Source: Antedon mediterranea (taxonomy: Eukaryota > Animalia > Echinodermata). Taken from it: 64,000 bases of DNA. The notes under the pieces are model-generated. The model had not been told where the DNA came from and did no database searches. It worked only from the letters and a program-made list of their open reading frames with translations. The stretch spans positions 17,072,101 to 17,136,100 of the forward strand of contig NC_092677.1 in assembly GCF_964355755.1 (NCBI RefSeq), written 5' to 3'. Made by a program: the position numbers and the translations under genes. Positions 19,910 to 33,171 of this stretch are shown here, one piece after another; the stretch's first letter is position 1, and every line of letters starts with the position of its first letter.

Positions 19910-20507
19910 GTTGATTTAAGTTTTGACACTACTGGAATGTTCCATTTTTTAGTAGGTGACTCAGCAATTTCTGTAGTCATGTGGCGGTTATTGAAAACTC
20001 AAATAATATTCTTTGATATATTAGTCACTTCCTTTTACACCTAATTCGGATATTACGAGGGTTTATCTAAAACAGGCTTAATTTTGACCAAATTGGATCT
20101 GAAAATATTTTATTGAGATAATTAAATTATTTAACATTCAAAAAGAAAAAAAGAAAAGAGGTCAATGAGGTTTAGTTTAGTAACATTCGGAACTCACAAT
20201 CCTTATCTGTTAATGTTTTTGAGCAATAGTATACATTTTTTTAGATCTTTGATAAGACTCTGACAACTTCCAAAAGTTTCTTGCTCATCACCACAGCGCC
20301 TCGATTTCAACTTCGTTCGTGACTAACTTTTTGTGCTGCCACGTGCTGGGAAAGAAGGAAAACCCGCGCGATCGATCCACTGGTTTTGAAATCGAGGCTG
20401 GTTTTACATGCATGAGTACAGTTGAGCTAGGCCTATAGAATCTATTTTTATTTATATTATAGAAAAATCTATATTATAGTAAAAGTCAAACAGAACAGAT
20501 AGAGAAA
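19910..20507. promoter_or_regulatory. Bidirectional promoter ABHD4 copy 1 / VAP copy 1
   Basis: Divergent ATGs at 19909 and 20508. CpG-richer patch at 20290-20400 carries an inverted pair of GCCTCGATTTCAA. Confidence 0.7.
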
Positions 20508-22155
20508 ATGTCCGATATTAAGCCTACAGCACCAGGGACATTGCTGATAATTGCTCCACCAACAGAATTAACTTTTAAAGGTAAGTAAAAAGCACTAAGG
20601 CTTTTTAGGGTGGTTAGTTTAGGCTAGGCCTACTCAATCAGTAGGGTAAGTACTAGTAGGCTTAAACCAGGCTTTATAGGCCTAAGCAATTTGACTACCC
20701 TTGTTAATGCAAAAGATTTTGCTTAAAAAGACTTCTTTTACAGGTCCATTTACTGATGTGGTAACATCAGAATTACATCTGAAGAATGCAACAAACAGTA
20801 ACATATGCTTCAATATCAAGACAACAGCTCCTAGGAGATACTGTGTTAGGCCTAACAAAGGTGTGTTGGAGGCTGAAGAGGATATAACGGTCAATGGTAA
20901 GCAACCCTGAAAAAAGACTAACTTTATCCGAACTGTCTTATTTTATCCATGGATTAATAATCATAACAGTGGTGTAACACATGACATAGGCCTGGCCCCT
21001 AGTGGCCCTACATCGCTAGCTGGAGGCATCAGGTGTTTTTAGCCTTTTTCGACATATTTTAAAGCTTAGCCTCTGGACCCTGCTTGGGGCACATCATGAT
21101 GCTCCCCTCTTTTGACAGACTATTACTATGTTAGCCTGTTACCCTGTAGGTACTATAGACAAAAGAGTGCTTAAACTATAGTTTGCCTAAAATTCAGTAT
21201 TATAAGAAAATAAATCTCTACAGTGATAGAAAATGTTCTGTTTATGAAATTTGTTCTTAGCAAATAAATATCAAAGTTCTTAAGAGCAAGAGTTTATTTA
21301 TAAGTCAATATACAGTCAATAGCTCTCCCTATACGCAATTTAAAATCTTCAGAAAATACCCACAACACAACTGAGCTATTTTCTAAGCCTTCCTCCTACT
21401 CACACATGAAGGTTTTTTATATAATAATAGTTGGGCCAGCCAAATATGTCTCGTTTTCTGGAAAGTCTTGTATTCAGAATGTGTATTTAATTGTAAAGAG
21501 GAATTTGGGATATTTTTGATTTTGGAGAAAAGTCAGGTTTTGAGAGAGTTTCTGGTTTTCAGAGAGTACAGTATTAGGAGAGTTGACTGTAATAATAACA
21601 ACTTTATTTCAAAACGGATGCAAAACTTTTATTTCAGTGATGTTACAACCATTTGAATATGATCCCCAAGAAAGACCACACAAGTTCATGGTACAAGCCA
21701 TGACAGCGCCCCCAGGAGAATTTGACCAAGAAACAGTTGTAAGTACTGTACGCACTGGGTTAGGCTATAACTTTAAAATATAGTGAGCATTGTTATATCA
21801 TAAAAGAAAAGGCAATTCATGTTGTTATGGTTACTTCTGCTAACTATTCAATCTTGGTAAGTAATTTTGCTTGTGGAATACTGTATCAGTAAAGTTATAA
21901 AAATGATTTTAAAAATATTCTGTTATTAAATGTTCTTTTTTCTAGTGGAAATATTCAGCAGCAGAATCATTTATTAACGGCCACAGCTACAAACTACTAA
22001 GTGTATTTGAGATGCCAATCTCAGCCACAACAGTTCCAGCCGCATCCTCACCAAAAGCAGCAGAAAGTGCTACGATCAAAGACACAAAGCAGCTTCAGGA
22101 GGAGATTTCACATTTAAAGCATAAAATTACAATGCTTGAAAAAGAAAAGGTATAA
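20508..22155 (+). CDS. VAP (VAMP-associated protein) paralog copy 1, ~178 aa, MSP domain plus coiled coil, no transmembrane exon found. Exons 20508-20580, 20744-20896, 21638-21738, 21946-22155
   Basis: [38 protein letters not shown]. The frame is open to EKEKV-stop (TAA 22153-22155) by reading through the former donor site. It could also be a young pseudogene. Confidence 0.8.
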
Positions 22156-22894
22156 AGAAACATAATTTGTGACACACTATGCAAACGAAATCAAATACAG
22201 TATAGTCGCATAGGTAGATTTGTAAAACAGCCAAAAACAATAAAAAGGCTGAAAAATTACACTTTTTTACAGAAAATAATAGAACAACATAAAACCTATC
22301 ATGTTATATGTTTAAATTGAAAGTGTTCCAATGGGTTGTTGTTAATAAAAGTTCTGCATAATAATAGAATAATATTTATGTAATGAAAGTGCGAATTTGT
22401 GTTCGTAATTGTCATTTCCTGTTATTTAACTTTACCAATTCTTAAATTATGTCTGATTTCGTTTGGATGTGCCACATTTGGAATCTGCTAATAATACGGC
22501 TTTGATAAACTACCTAATGGTGCGAATGAAACTTGTAGATTTATATAGAAAATGGAGAAGCATATAATTAGGGGTTTGTGGAAAAAATGATACTGTATGT
22601 TCTAGTATGATAGGTTCAGTACTACCATTTTAGCATTTTTAGGCCCTGCTCCTTCCCCTACTGATCCTCTTAAATAATCAATCACTGACACATGTTATTC
22701 AAGTATTAGGACTGGCTATGCAGCCCGTTACAGTGGCATAACACAGGTGGAAAATGCCCCTGGTTTAGCACTCCAACGCTGGGTAGTTGCATTGGTGCCC
22801 CTTAAGCTCAGGGGCCCTGGGTTTAGCCAGTGAGTGCTCATAGACATTAGGCCACTACCCTGTCAACTAATAAATCAAGCCACTAATGTATGAA

Positions 22895-25650
22895 TATATT
22901 CTTTGATATATATTAGTAGGCACTTAATTTTACACTTAATTTGGATATTAAAAAATCTATTACAGTTATCTAAAACAGGCTTCATTTTGACCAAATTGGA
23001 CTGAACAACATTTACTGAGATAATTAAATTTAAACATTCATTTAAAAAGAAAAGAATTAAATGGGAGGTTTGGTTGTCAGGTTACAAAGACATTTTTACC
23101 TACTAAAATCTGAGTTATGCAGAGAAATTATATAGTACACTTTTTTTAGTACACTTACACGATTTAAACATAGTCAATAGAAGTAAAATGACCAAAAAAT
23201 CTGCTATAATTGATAATTAATTGCACGATTTTTGAAGTGGGGCCTTTGTTTTTCAAGGGGGGTTCGCTGGTAAAAGGGGGGTTCGCGCAAAAAGGGGAAT
23301 TCGCCCGAACCCCAAAAACCCCCCTGGCTACGGGCCTGCTCAGCTCAGGGGCCCCTTAAGCTCAGGAGCCCTGGGTTAGCCAGTGAGTGCTCATAGCCAT
23401 TACGCCACTGCCCTGTCAACTAATAAATCAAGCCACTAATGCATGCGTGCCTCTACTATAGAGTGGTCATAATGATAGTTACATCATGACACGTGATTGG
23501 AAAAATTCTCTACAGAAAAGGGGACTGTCAGACACAATACACTCACTTGTGACAATCAGAGACACCAATAATATGAAGTGACTTCAGCACAAGGTTTCAT
23601 GTTTACATGCTTGAAAATGAAAAGGTAAATTATATAATCTAATTTATTATCATTTCAGTGAAAGTTTGCTGGGCATCTTTTCTAGTTCTATTTTCAAGAT
23701 GTATCTAGATTTCTCCAGTATCAAAACAATATTTGGTATCCAACATCACAAATGAGAAATGAGTTAATGTTAATATTCCTATCAGGTACTGGGCAGATAT
23801 CACTGAGAACCTACAATGCTTACATATAATATATGTTTCTGGGATCAGATTTATTAAACTTGCTTAGCAAAAAAATCATAACTTGTTTATATCATTTTTC
23901 AAAATAACCGAAGAAAAATATTTTCGATAAAAAAAAACTGGTTTAAAATGAGATTTTTAAACTTAAACACTACTTAACTATCCAAAGAAAAAAGATTGAT
24001 AAATGCCAGCCATAAAGCTATAACCATTGTCTCCCGACGGACCACCACTATAGTATGCATTGAAAAAGGATGTAAGGTATCCTAATGGTAAATTTGTATC
24101 GTTTTCTAATTTGAAGAAACCATTATTTTATAAGATTGTTTTTTCAATTTATGATGATGAACCACATGTTGTACACAGTTTTTTAGGTTATCTCTATTAA
24201 ATACTGTGTCCAGGAGTATTACATGGCACACTAACATACTGGGTATGGGTAAAACTGGCGTATCTGATTTTGTCAATTGTCAAAGCTGTGGGTGAGACTA
24301 AGAGCATCACTATTGTGGTATTTGTTTTGAGCTTTGATTTTATTAGTGTGTAGTCTTCTTATCTAATATTTTGGATAAAGAAAGTTGCTACTGCTTGGTA
24401 ATTGTTAAAGATGTATTGTCCCCCAAAAACATGAAAAATGAAGATTAATAAAAAGGTTAAATTCAACCAAAAACTTATTGGCTGCAGCCATTTTGACTAT
24501 TTTTTGCTTTAAATTTGTTTTCGATTCAGTTTTTTGGAAATGGCATATCAAAAACTAAATGTGAAAGAAAAAAAAATTGTTTTCAGGGGGACAATACAGC
24601 TGTTTTTGTTCTTTGTACTGTCACTCACTTGAGTGAGGACACAAGTGGAAAAGGATACCCACATATGAGGTGTGACGGGGAACCCACCTTTAAAGCCTTC
24701 CACATCCAGCTTAAAAATGATTTTGAGGCCTTTCTTCTACCAAACCTAATATCCCTGCTAGAGTGATATTTCAAATTTTTTTTGCAGAAGGATGGTATTA
24801 TATTATTAAAATGGCATCTTCTATTTCATTGGTGTAACGGCGTGTAATTTGGTACGCAGGAGACCCAAACCAATAACTTTATGTAAGAAGTTATCATCGT
24901 TTGTATTTTTTAAAAGTAAATATACATTAGAAATAAAGCATTTTACTTTTAATTTGAGTTTCTCTAACCTAACAGGTCCCACCCCAAGTAAATTAAAATT
25001 AAAATATTTACTTGGTAAAATATTATGTAGGCATTGATACTGTAGATATCCGGTGGTGTTTAGTAGAGTCTTAGTTGGAGCTTATCCTGCTTCACTGGCT
25101 AGAGAAGATGTTCATATCCAAGCCCTCGTTAAATGAAGGCTGGATGCTAGGCTCAGTCACACCAAATTTTTTCCTATTCCGAAACTAAAAAAAAAATATA
25201 ATTCATCTTGAATGTCTCAATTTACCTTAACTTTTACCAATACTAATTATACATTAGATCGTAAGTAGGCCTCAGAATAGTTAAGACTGCAAACCATAGA
25301 AATCGACACAGGTTGAAGAGACTCCTCGACATTGTTAGTTATGGTGGTAGAACAAGTTTTCTTAGATAAGATAAGGACTTTAAAGCTGGAGGTCCTGTGT
25401 AAACTGCCTTTTGTGCCCCCAGTGCATCTTAGTAGGGGATTACTCCAGTGTTCTGGGTCATTCCACCCCCTGTCCTTCATCACTAATACAGCCCTTGAAT
25501 CACTTATGGAAACCACAAGAGCAGCCTCTTAATACAGCACTACAAACTTATTGATTTCTGTACAAGATTAAACTGCCTTGAGGTTGGTTTTTGTACTGTA
25601 ATTCAGCAATTTCTGTGTTGGGCTGAGACATAATGTGGTGGTCATAATAT
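22895..25650. pseudogene. Degenerate relics of a further ABHD4/VAP duplicate: promoter copy ~22895-23075, VAP coiled-coil exon relic ~23560-23630, ABHD4 exon 2 relic ~24850-24890, intron 1 relic ~25175-25225, exon 1/5' relic ~25545-25645
   Basis: By-eye similarity to 20007-20175 (TTATCTAAAACAGGCTT.ATTTTGACCAAATTGGA), 56810-56892 (TGCTTGAAAA.GAAAAGGTAAAT, here with stop and deletion), 18890-18937 (CCAAACCAATAACTTT.ATGTAAGAA) and 19878-19990. Confidence 0.65.
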
Positions 25651-27722
25651 GTGTGTAATATCGCAGTATACCTCATAGAATTTATTACTTCTTTTTTTTT
25701 TTTCAAATTTTTAAATTGTATATTTAGGCATAGTTTTTCATTGTTAAGATATTCACTATTTTCCTAACTACAGTATGATATATTGTAGTACTGTATTTAT
25801 TTTAAGTAAATATTTCCAAATATCGGGTACAGTACATAGGCTGAAAATGTTGATATGCAATGTATTTTTGTAAACTAAATTGCTTGATAAATAAACATCA
25901 ATAAATTCAATGTTATTCTGATTTTGTTTTGAAAGATGGTACCACAAAGTTATTCAGTCAACACATTTGCTGTAAGAATCAATAATTTATTCTAATAAAC
26001 CTTAATGTAAAATACAAAGGTTTCCCTTCCTTCATACCTGACCTGAGTGATCGGGTATGACATTATTTATTCAATTCACAACCAACAAATTATATTTTGT
26101 TAAATCTACTATCAGGGTGAAATAAAGCAAAACAAATATTTTCACATCAAACAAAAATGTTACAATTTTATAAATGAATGAACAGTATAACATATCATAG
26201 ATCTTGCAGGGGCAAGGTTTGCTCCATGTACAAAATACACTTCATGGCTCAATGCACTATATACACATATTTTGTTCAGCATTACTATACAACATATAAC
26301 TATAACATAGAATAGACACCGATTATAACCCGTAACCTCGTATAGTGGTTTTATTTGATCTTACCATGCACCTACAGTATAATAGGTCCATGATCTTACT
26401 ATATCAGCTCCCTAAACTACATTACATGTGTGTTCACTTTCACTTGTGTTTTTCTCCATCAGAGAGCAGTTTGGAATGTTACTTTAGCCGTCAACCCAGG
26501 CGCTATATCCTTCCCCCGATCCTCCCCTGTCCATGACCTCCATATGACCTATTCTACTATTTTAGAGGTACACTATTACAAACAATGCACCCATATAAAA
26601 GCTTTACATTGTTTTAGCTGTAGTGTAGTATTATAAATATATAAATTTTATTTATAAATATTAAATTATTTAAATTTGTAACATTATATTATAAATAATT
26701 GCACTTATTACTCCATTAAACTTTCTTAAATATTACCCCAGTAAAATACTACAGTAGTCAAGCTGTACTAAAAACAGAAAATCTTAAAACCAAAATTCTT
26801 TTCTATTATTTTTCTTTTTATATCTCTACGCATTTATACTATAATTTATTTAATTAATTAAAATAATTAATTATACATCTCATATTTTTTCCACTTTGAA
26901 TTGATTACATTTTGTTTGTCATTGAAAACATTATTTTGCTCTGTGTTTATAGAGCAACATTTAAAAAGACCCTAACTATTCAATCAAATTGAATACTTCA
27001 TTATATTTTTGAAAACATTTGTAAAGGCAGTAAATAAATAAATCAACAAAGTTGTACAAAAATATTTGAATGATATTTTTAGCATCAAGAATGAAATGAA
27101 CAAGGTTTTTTTAATTTTGAATATTGATTTAATACTTTACATTTATCCCCTCATAAATGTTGTATTTAAGAGGATAAAAACAGTGTATCCACTTTTAGTC
27201 CTAATTTTTCACATGCAAGCGAGTGAGAAATTAAATCTGCATGCAGAAAAGAGATTACCACTAACCCGGCTTCGTGATTAATCCTATCTATGCTAAACAG
27301 GTATGTAGGGACTGTCCGTCACATCCATCCACATGGCTGGTGGTAGTTGACTTGTACAGGTATATGAATGTTTCAAACTGGATGTTAATGTTAATACGCC
27401 AGTGAAAATATGACTCTTGTAAACTAGTGTGTATGGTGCTAATCTGCTGGGCTGCTTTTACGCATTTATAGGCATAGCGTTGGTAGATTCAGATCTAACC
27501 CAGTTTGTAAATTCCCTGCATGTAGGATCTAGGCCTTCATCTGTATTACGGTATTAAAATCTTACATGCTTAAATTATAAAATGACGTCATATGATACAA
27601 GTTGACATATTAGACATGTAAATCGAAGCAGCCTATAAAATATTCCCTCAATAAAACTACCAGCAGCCTATATTACAAATAAAAGATGTTGATGGTCATG
27701 ATCCCTTTCTTGTCTTATTATT

Positions 27723-30700
27723 TCAGTCTGGTATTTGTTTGCACACATTTTGCACTATTTTATTAAAGCTGTCTGGCTTATCAGCATACACATGATGACC
27801 AGCCCCCTGTACAATCTGCAAAAATAAAAAGTATTTGTTTTTTTTTTATTTTACTGAATGCCTATGAGTTGAAAGATTGGCTTGTTTATGTTGTATTCAA
27901 TGAGGCAAAGTGGAGAGATACAAAACATTCATCACAAAATTGTCTGCTTCAATTGGATGTCAAAGGCCATGTGCTCAGATATTGGCTATTGAGTAGAGCA
28001 GTAATACAGACGGCACTCTACAAGTTAGTATGCGGTCGTGCACTGAAAAAAAAACTGGCCGTGTAAAAGAATCATTGATTAGAACTTAGAACATTCAATT
28101 TAACCAAACGATGAGATACTAAATGAACCAATCAAATAGAGTTGGTGTCTTCACTACATATATACAGATATTTGTTGAAAGTTGAAGAAGTTGAAATGTA
28201 AGGACAATGTTGTACGTGGATGTAGTATATAATATAAGGGTTTAGAAAAGAATACTCAGCATAGTAGTACCCACCTTAATTGTGACCTGTGACTCGTTAC
28301 GTAGATTTTTAACAACTTGACCAATCTCGGAGTCCATCCAGGATTTCGAGCCATACAACATCGTTATTGGAACGCTTTTGTCGAGTTGTGTTATGCGTTG
28401 TATCATGGGATTCTGAGCAAAGGCGATTCGGCTCTGCAAAAACTTAAATGCTTCCTCTCCACTATATATATATATATAAAAAAAAATTTATTGAGCAGCT
28501 GCGTTGGGTGGGGAAGGAATTTATTACGTTTGGTGCTGCTATACACCTCAGTACTTTGAAGGGTGGTTATATTGTTTTCAAATGTTTAATTGATTTTCTA
28601 TGTTACTTCTATTCTAAATTAGTGTTATTTTTGCCAAGGTAGTTGGAGCAAGATGTAGCAGTGATGGAGGATTGGAGGAAAGTTATTACGTTTGGTGCTG
28701 CTATACACCTCAGTACTTTGAAGGGTGGTTATATTGTTTTCAAATGTTTAATTGATTTTCTATGTTACTTCTATTCTAAATTAGTGTTATTTTTGCCAAG
28801 GTAGTTGGAGCAAGATGTAGCAGTGATGGAGGATTGGAGGAAAGCCCTGGGGCAATTTAATACAAAGGGTGTATTTTAGTAAAAATTGTGTTTAAATGTA
28901 TTTTGGTATTTCTGAGTGCTAATGTGCTGCCTTGTAATCATCTTACTATAGAATATTAGGCAATGTATTCACCTTGGTCGTTGGGCATTGCAATGGTATA
29001 TGTACTTAGTTACTGTATTCTGACTGTCAACAGATGCAAACTTTCTATCAAGATCAGGTCTCATTCGGCTAACAAGGTATTGGCCTGCAAAGCAAATTGA
29101 AAATAATAGTATTATAACTATAGGTCCATGATGTATCTAATGTATTAAGTGTCAATTCAGTTTTGCACAGCATTTTTGAAATCTACTATTTTTCCTTCTA
29201 CCCATGTAATACCACTGATGATCAAAACAGCAGCAAATTGTTACAATCAACTAAATCCAGTACATGCACAGTGAACGAGCTGTTGAAGCCAGCTAAATGA
29301 ATGAATGTACCTTTAGGGCTTAGGCATACTTCATATGTAATGATTCCTAATTTGGAGGCCGTTATTAACTGTTGCTTGATGTATTAAACTATACACATTG
29401 CATGGCAACCTTTGAATTCCAAACTCTTACCAAATGGGCCAGCAGCACGCAATCCCGACAACGGGTTAAACGTCAATGCTAGTGTTCCAACTACTCGAAA
29501 CAACAACGAGTTTTGACGGGTATCCTCGTTCTCTTCATCTCGCTCTGGAAACCCCCATGGATCAACAGGCACCAAATGTTTTATGCGTTCTGGGTAGCGT
29601 ATCGCATATGCGTATGTAATGAATCCACCCAGACTGTGACCAATTAAAATCATTTTATCCAATCCGACCTCTTCTCTCCACTGCTCTATTGATCCCACAA
29701 ATTCTCTTTCCACATCTTCTGCATATGCTGGAAACTTTCGACGAGTGCTACGGCCAAAGCCTAACAGGTCAAATGCGTAAACCGGTCGCACATTTGAAAG
29801 AGCGTCTAGATTTTGCACCCACAATCCAATTGCACCAGCCATGCCATGGACAAGAACAATAGGTGTTAGGTCTTCTCTGCCGGTATTGTTCATATAAATT
29901 GTTCTAATTTTGTCACCATTTTTAGTTGTCACAAACCAAGTTTTGTATTTATTCTTCAAAACTGAAAGTAGGTAAATCAATCAAACAATTTAGATCAAAA
30001 GTATATGTAGTATTCTATGATTGCATGTTAAAATGTAATATACATATAAAGAAACATGTCTTTCTTGTTGGTTTTGCTGCTCCTTTTTACATAACTCTAT
30101 AACTATTTCGTTTTGTTTTTTTTATATATATCCCTACTTTTCAGACTGTTAGTCCTAATTTTTCACATGCAAGTGAGTGAGAAATTAAAATAATCTGCAT
30201 GCAGAAAATGTAATAAAAGCCAAATAAAAAGAAAATTTTAATTTTTCATTCACAATTTGAAATGTTGTTAATGAGGGTTTACTACTTGCTATAGCTCCAG
30301 GATTGTGATAAATCATAGTCTAAATGTCCAGTTGCTGTTTACGTATTATATATCTGAATGCTTGATGACTGCAATCATCCACGCAAAATGTACTTGCTTC
30401 TTCTAATTTTATTTATATATTTATATTTTTTATATTTTATATATATTTGTCCTCAAGCTTAACTGGAAACTGAGGAAATTCGGATTAGGCCCTCCACGGA
30501 CCCACGGCAGCCAGCAGTGCAGCGCCTACCATATCAGCACACCGGGAGACGATCCCCTACTCTTTTCGAATAGTGTACCAAGTTCTTTAACGTGCACTGT
30601 TAAGTACACGGGACCAACGGCTTTACATCCCATCCGAAGGATGAGGCAATGAGAGTAAAGCATCTTGCCTAAGGATGCAATTAGTATGGTACAGATAACC

Positions 30701-31814
30701 TCGAACCCATGTATTACTAAATACATAGCAAATAGTAAAAGTCATTTGGCTCCAGAATTTGATGAGGGTTGGGATTAAAACTTGTTTAATTTGGCCTGCA
30801 AGTATACTTACGTCTTAAGATCTGTTGCTCAGATTTATTTAACATTTCATTGGATGTACGAACCCAACATTTTAACCAACTGTAAAGAAATACAAAATCA
30901 CAATTGATTTATTTTTTGTTGTTGAAACGATGATATTAGAAGATAAAAAAAAATTAACTGTACAATATAAAAATGTATCTTACCTGTGTCTAACCTCGGT
31001 ATTTGATTCTTCAGGAGTATTTCTATAGAAAAAGGTTATTAATTAATGTACAGTAGTAAGTACAGTATACTGCATTTTAAAATAATAATAAATGTTATTT
31101 GTTATTACACCATAGCATCATCATCAATTAAATTTAATTAGGAGGATACTGTATGTCATTGGTAATAACTAATATTAAACATTGTTTTATAAAAAAAATA
31201 TATTAATAGTAATAATACCATTCTAATGTCAGACAGTAATAAAGAAAATTGAATCAGAAAAAAAAATATTTACCTATTAAAAAAATATTTTAAAATATCA
31301 ACAGTTAAATAGATCGAATTAAAAAGTCTAGTTTAATCTGTTATTTCTTGGAATCTCTGGTCCATATAATTAATAATACTGTAATACAGTATAATAATTA
31401 ATTATAAATCACATGCCAAAAGTTAAAAATTAATAAAAAAATATCCAAGCAAGGACCTTAATAATTGTTTCTAGGCTATGACTAGGTATTATTCATATAT
31501 CAAAATCAAATCAAATCAAAGTCTGATTTTTTTTATATTTCATATTTTGAGGGACAAATATTATATCTTTAAAATACTTGTAACGTTACAACTTCATTAT
31601 TTGCTAGGCCTAGCATTTTAGCTAGCAATTTTAACCCATGCTCATCCAGCAGGGAGATGTCCCTGGCTCTCGTGCCAGTTTCACTGTCACAAACGGTGTC
31701 AGGCAGCGAAAAAAAAAATATTTCAAAATTTTATTAAACATACTTATCACTTTCATTTGCTGGATTCTGCATAGTTTCTGTTGTTGGTGTACGTTCGTAA
31801 CTCACAGTTGCCAT
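27723..31814 (-). CDS. ABHD4: ABHD4/ABHD5-family hydrolase, copy 2. Exons 31744-31814, 30984-31022, 30812-30879, 29431-29961, 28973-29084, 28275-28461, 27723-27815
   Basis: The last four exons have the same lengths as in copy 1 (531, 112, 187, 93 nt). GHSLG and GHHVYAD are intact. The three 5' exons join in frame (MATVSYERT...NTPEESNTEVRHSWLKCWVRTSNEML). Confidence 0.88.
28521..28844. repeat. Perfect 162-bp tandem duplication in an ABHD4 copy 2 intron
   Basis: 28521-28682 equals 28683-28844 by eye. Confidence 0.9.
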
Positions 31815-33171
31815 AATTCCGTTTGATGATGATACTAGCTGAGCTGACAGTTTTAAGAATTTTCTTCCAGTAATTTCTTCTATTATATAACCATTGTGAC
31901 GTAATCCTGACCCAGCATTTTTCGTGTTTACATTTTTCGCACACGTGACATTCATTCAATTTTTGCAGGTATATAAAATATACCAAATTGGCTAGTTGAG
32001 AATTCTCAACTATTACCGCAGTACGCCTGTAACGACGAAGCCTACCGGTATAATGGAATAGGCTGATTTCCTTGTTAACTTAAGGGGTCATTTAATTACT
32101 GAATTATGATTGGTAGTAAAGGAAATTTACTGGAATCCTATTGGATGGTAAGGTGGTAGTAGGACCATGTCCATCCCATTGCAGTAATAAAGTTGAGCCA
32201 CCTGCGACCATTACAATGTCCTACCATGCTAATGTAGGAGTGGGGAAATGTTATGCTTACTACTGTTTCTTTTAATAATTTAGTACAATTAATAAGAATA
32301 AAGAATACACTTAAAGGGGGGTTCCGGGTTTAAAATGAATAGTAAAAAATGTAAAATATATTTGTTTGTCTCTTGAACGGTAAAAGTTTCAATTTATATA
32401 AGCGCCCAGTGAAGCAGAACGAAGGCTGTGAAATGAGGCCAGATTACAAGTGCAGCTACGGCTAAATCACACTGTGGTTACAGAATAGGAAATTCGTGAA
32501 ATGGTCAATCTTCCGACGATTCGTTATCATTAACCATATCAATTACTTTTGTAAAATTATACTTATCTGATGTAATTTTAGTCGGTCTTCCCATTTATAA
32601 AGTCAATTTTCTATGAAAATCCATCAAAACAGTGAAAAATTAGATAAGTTTGCACTTTACGTTTGCCGATTTTCGCACTGACTTAGGGAAAGCCTTCAAA
32701 ATCAATGAAGCGTAAGGTATACATTCCTGCTGAGCGAGGAGAGCGAGACGACGATACACGTGCTCTCTCTGGAGCTATATATCCAATACCAAATTGGCGA
32801 GTAAATCATGTTTTACTTTAAATTAAATTTATACGCTCTTCCACAAGGTCAATTGTTAGTTATACATACAGACTATATTAAAACAATGATTTTGAACACG
32901 TAGGGCATTTCTTTGAATTCTTTCCTATTGTCGTTTTGTGGTAATTTACAGCTTTTTATATGTTTAACAAACGTACATAATCAATTGCGTCTGCATCATG
33001 CTAGACTACAACTTCCGGTAGTGACGTAATCAGTATATTTTTGGTAATACTGTAAAACGTTTTCACTAAGCTAGAGAATCTTCTGATATCAATATTCATT
33101 AGACCGTACTTTAGTTAGCCAATCAAAATAAACGTATAAACAATTTTGCGGCGATGTTGTTGAGGTAAAAT

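Noticed and set aside
25247-25532. Overlapping 89-aa and 66-aa ORFs in a GC-richer patch
   Set aside because: No recognisable motif or exon structure. It may be a decayed repeat, which cannot be resolved without a search.
27195-27250. ~55-bp sequence repeated at ~30148-30208
   Set aside because: Probably a fragment of an interspersed repeat. Too short to support a functional claim.
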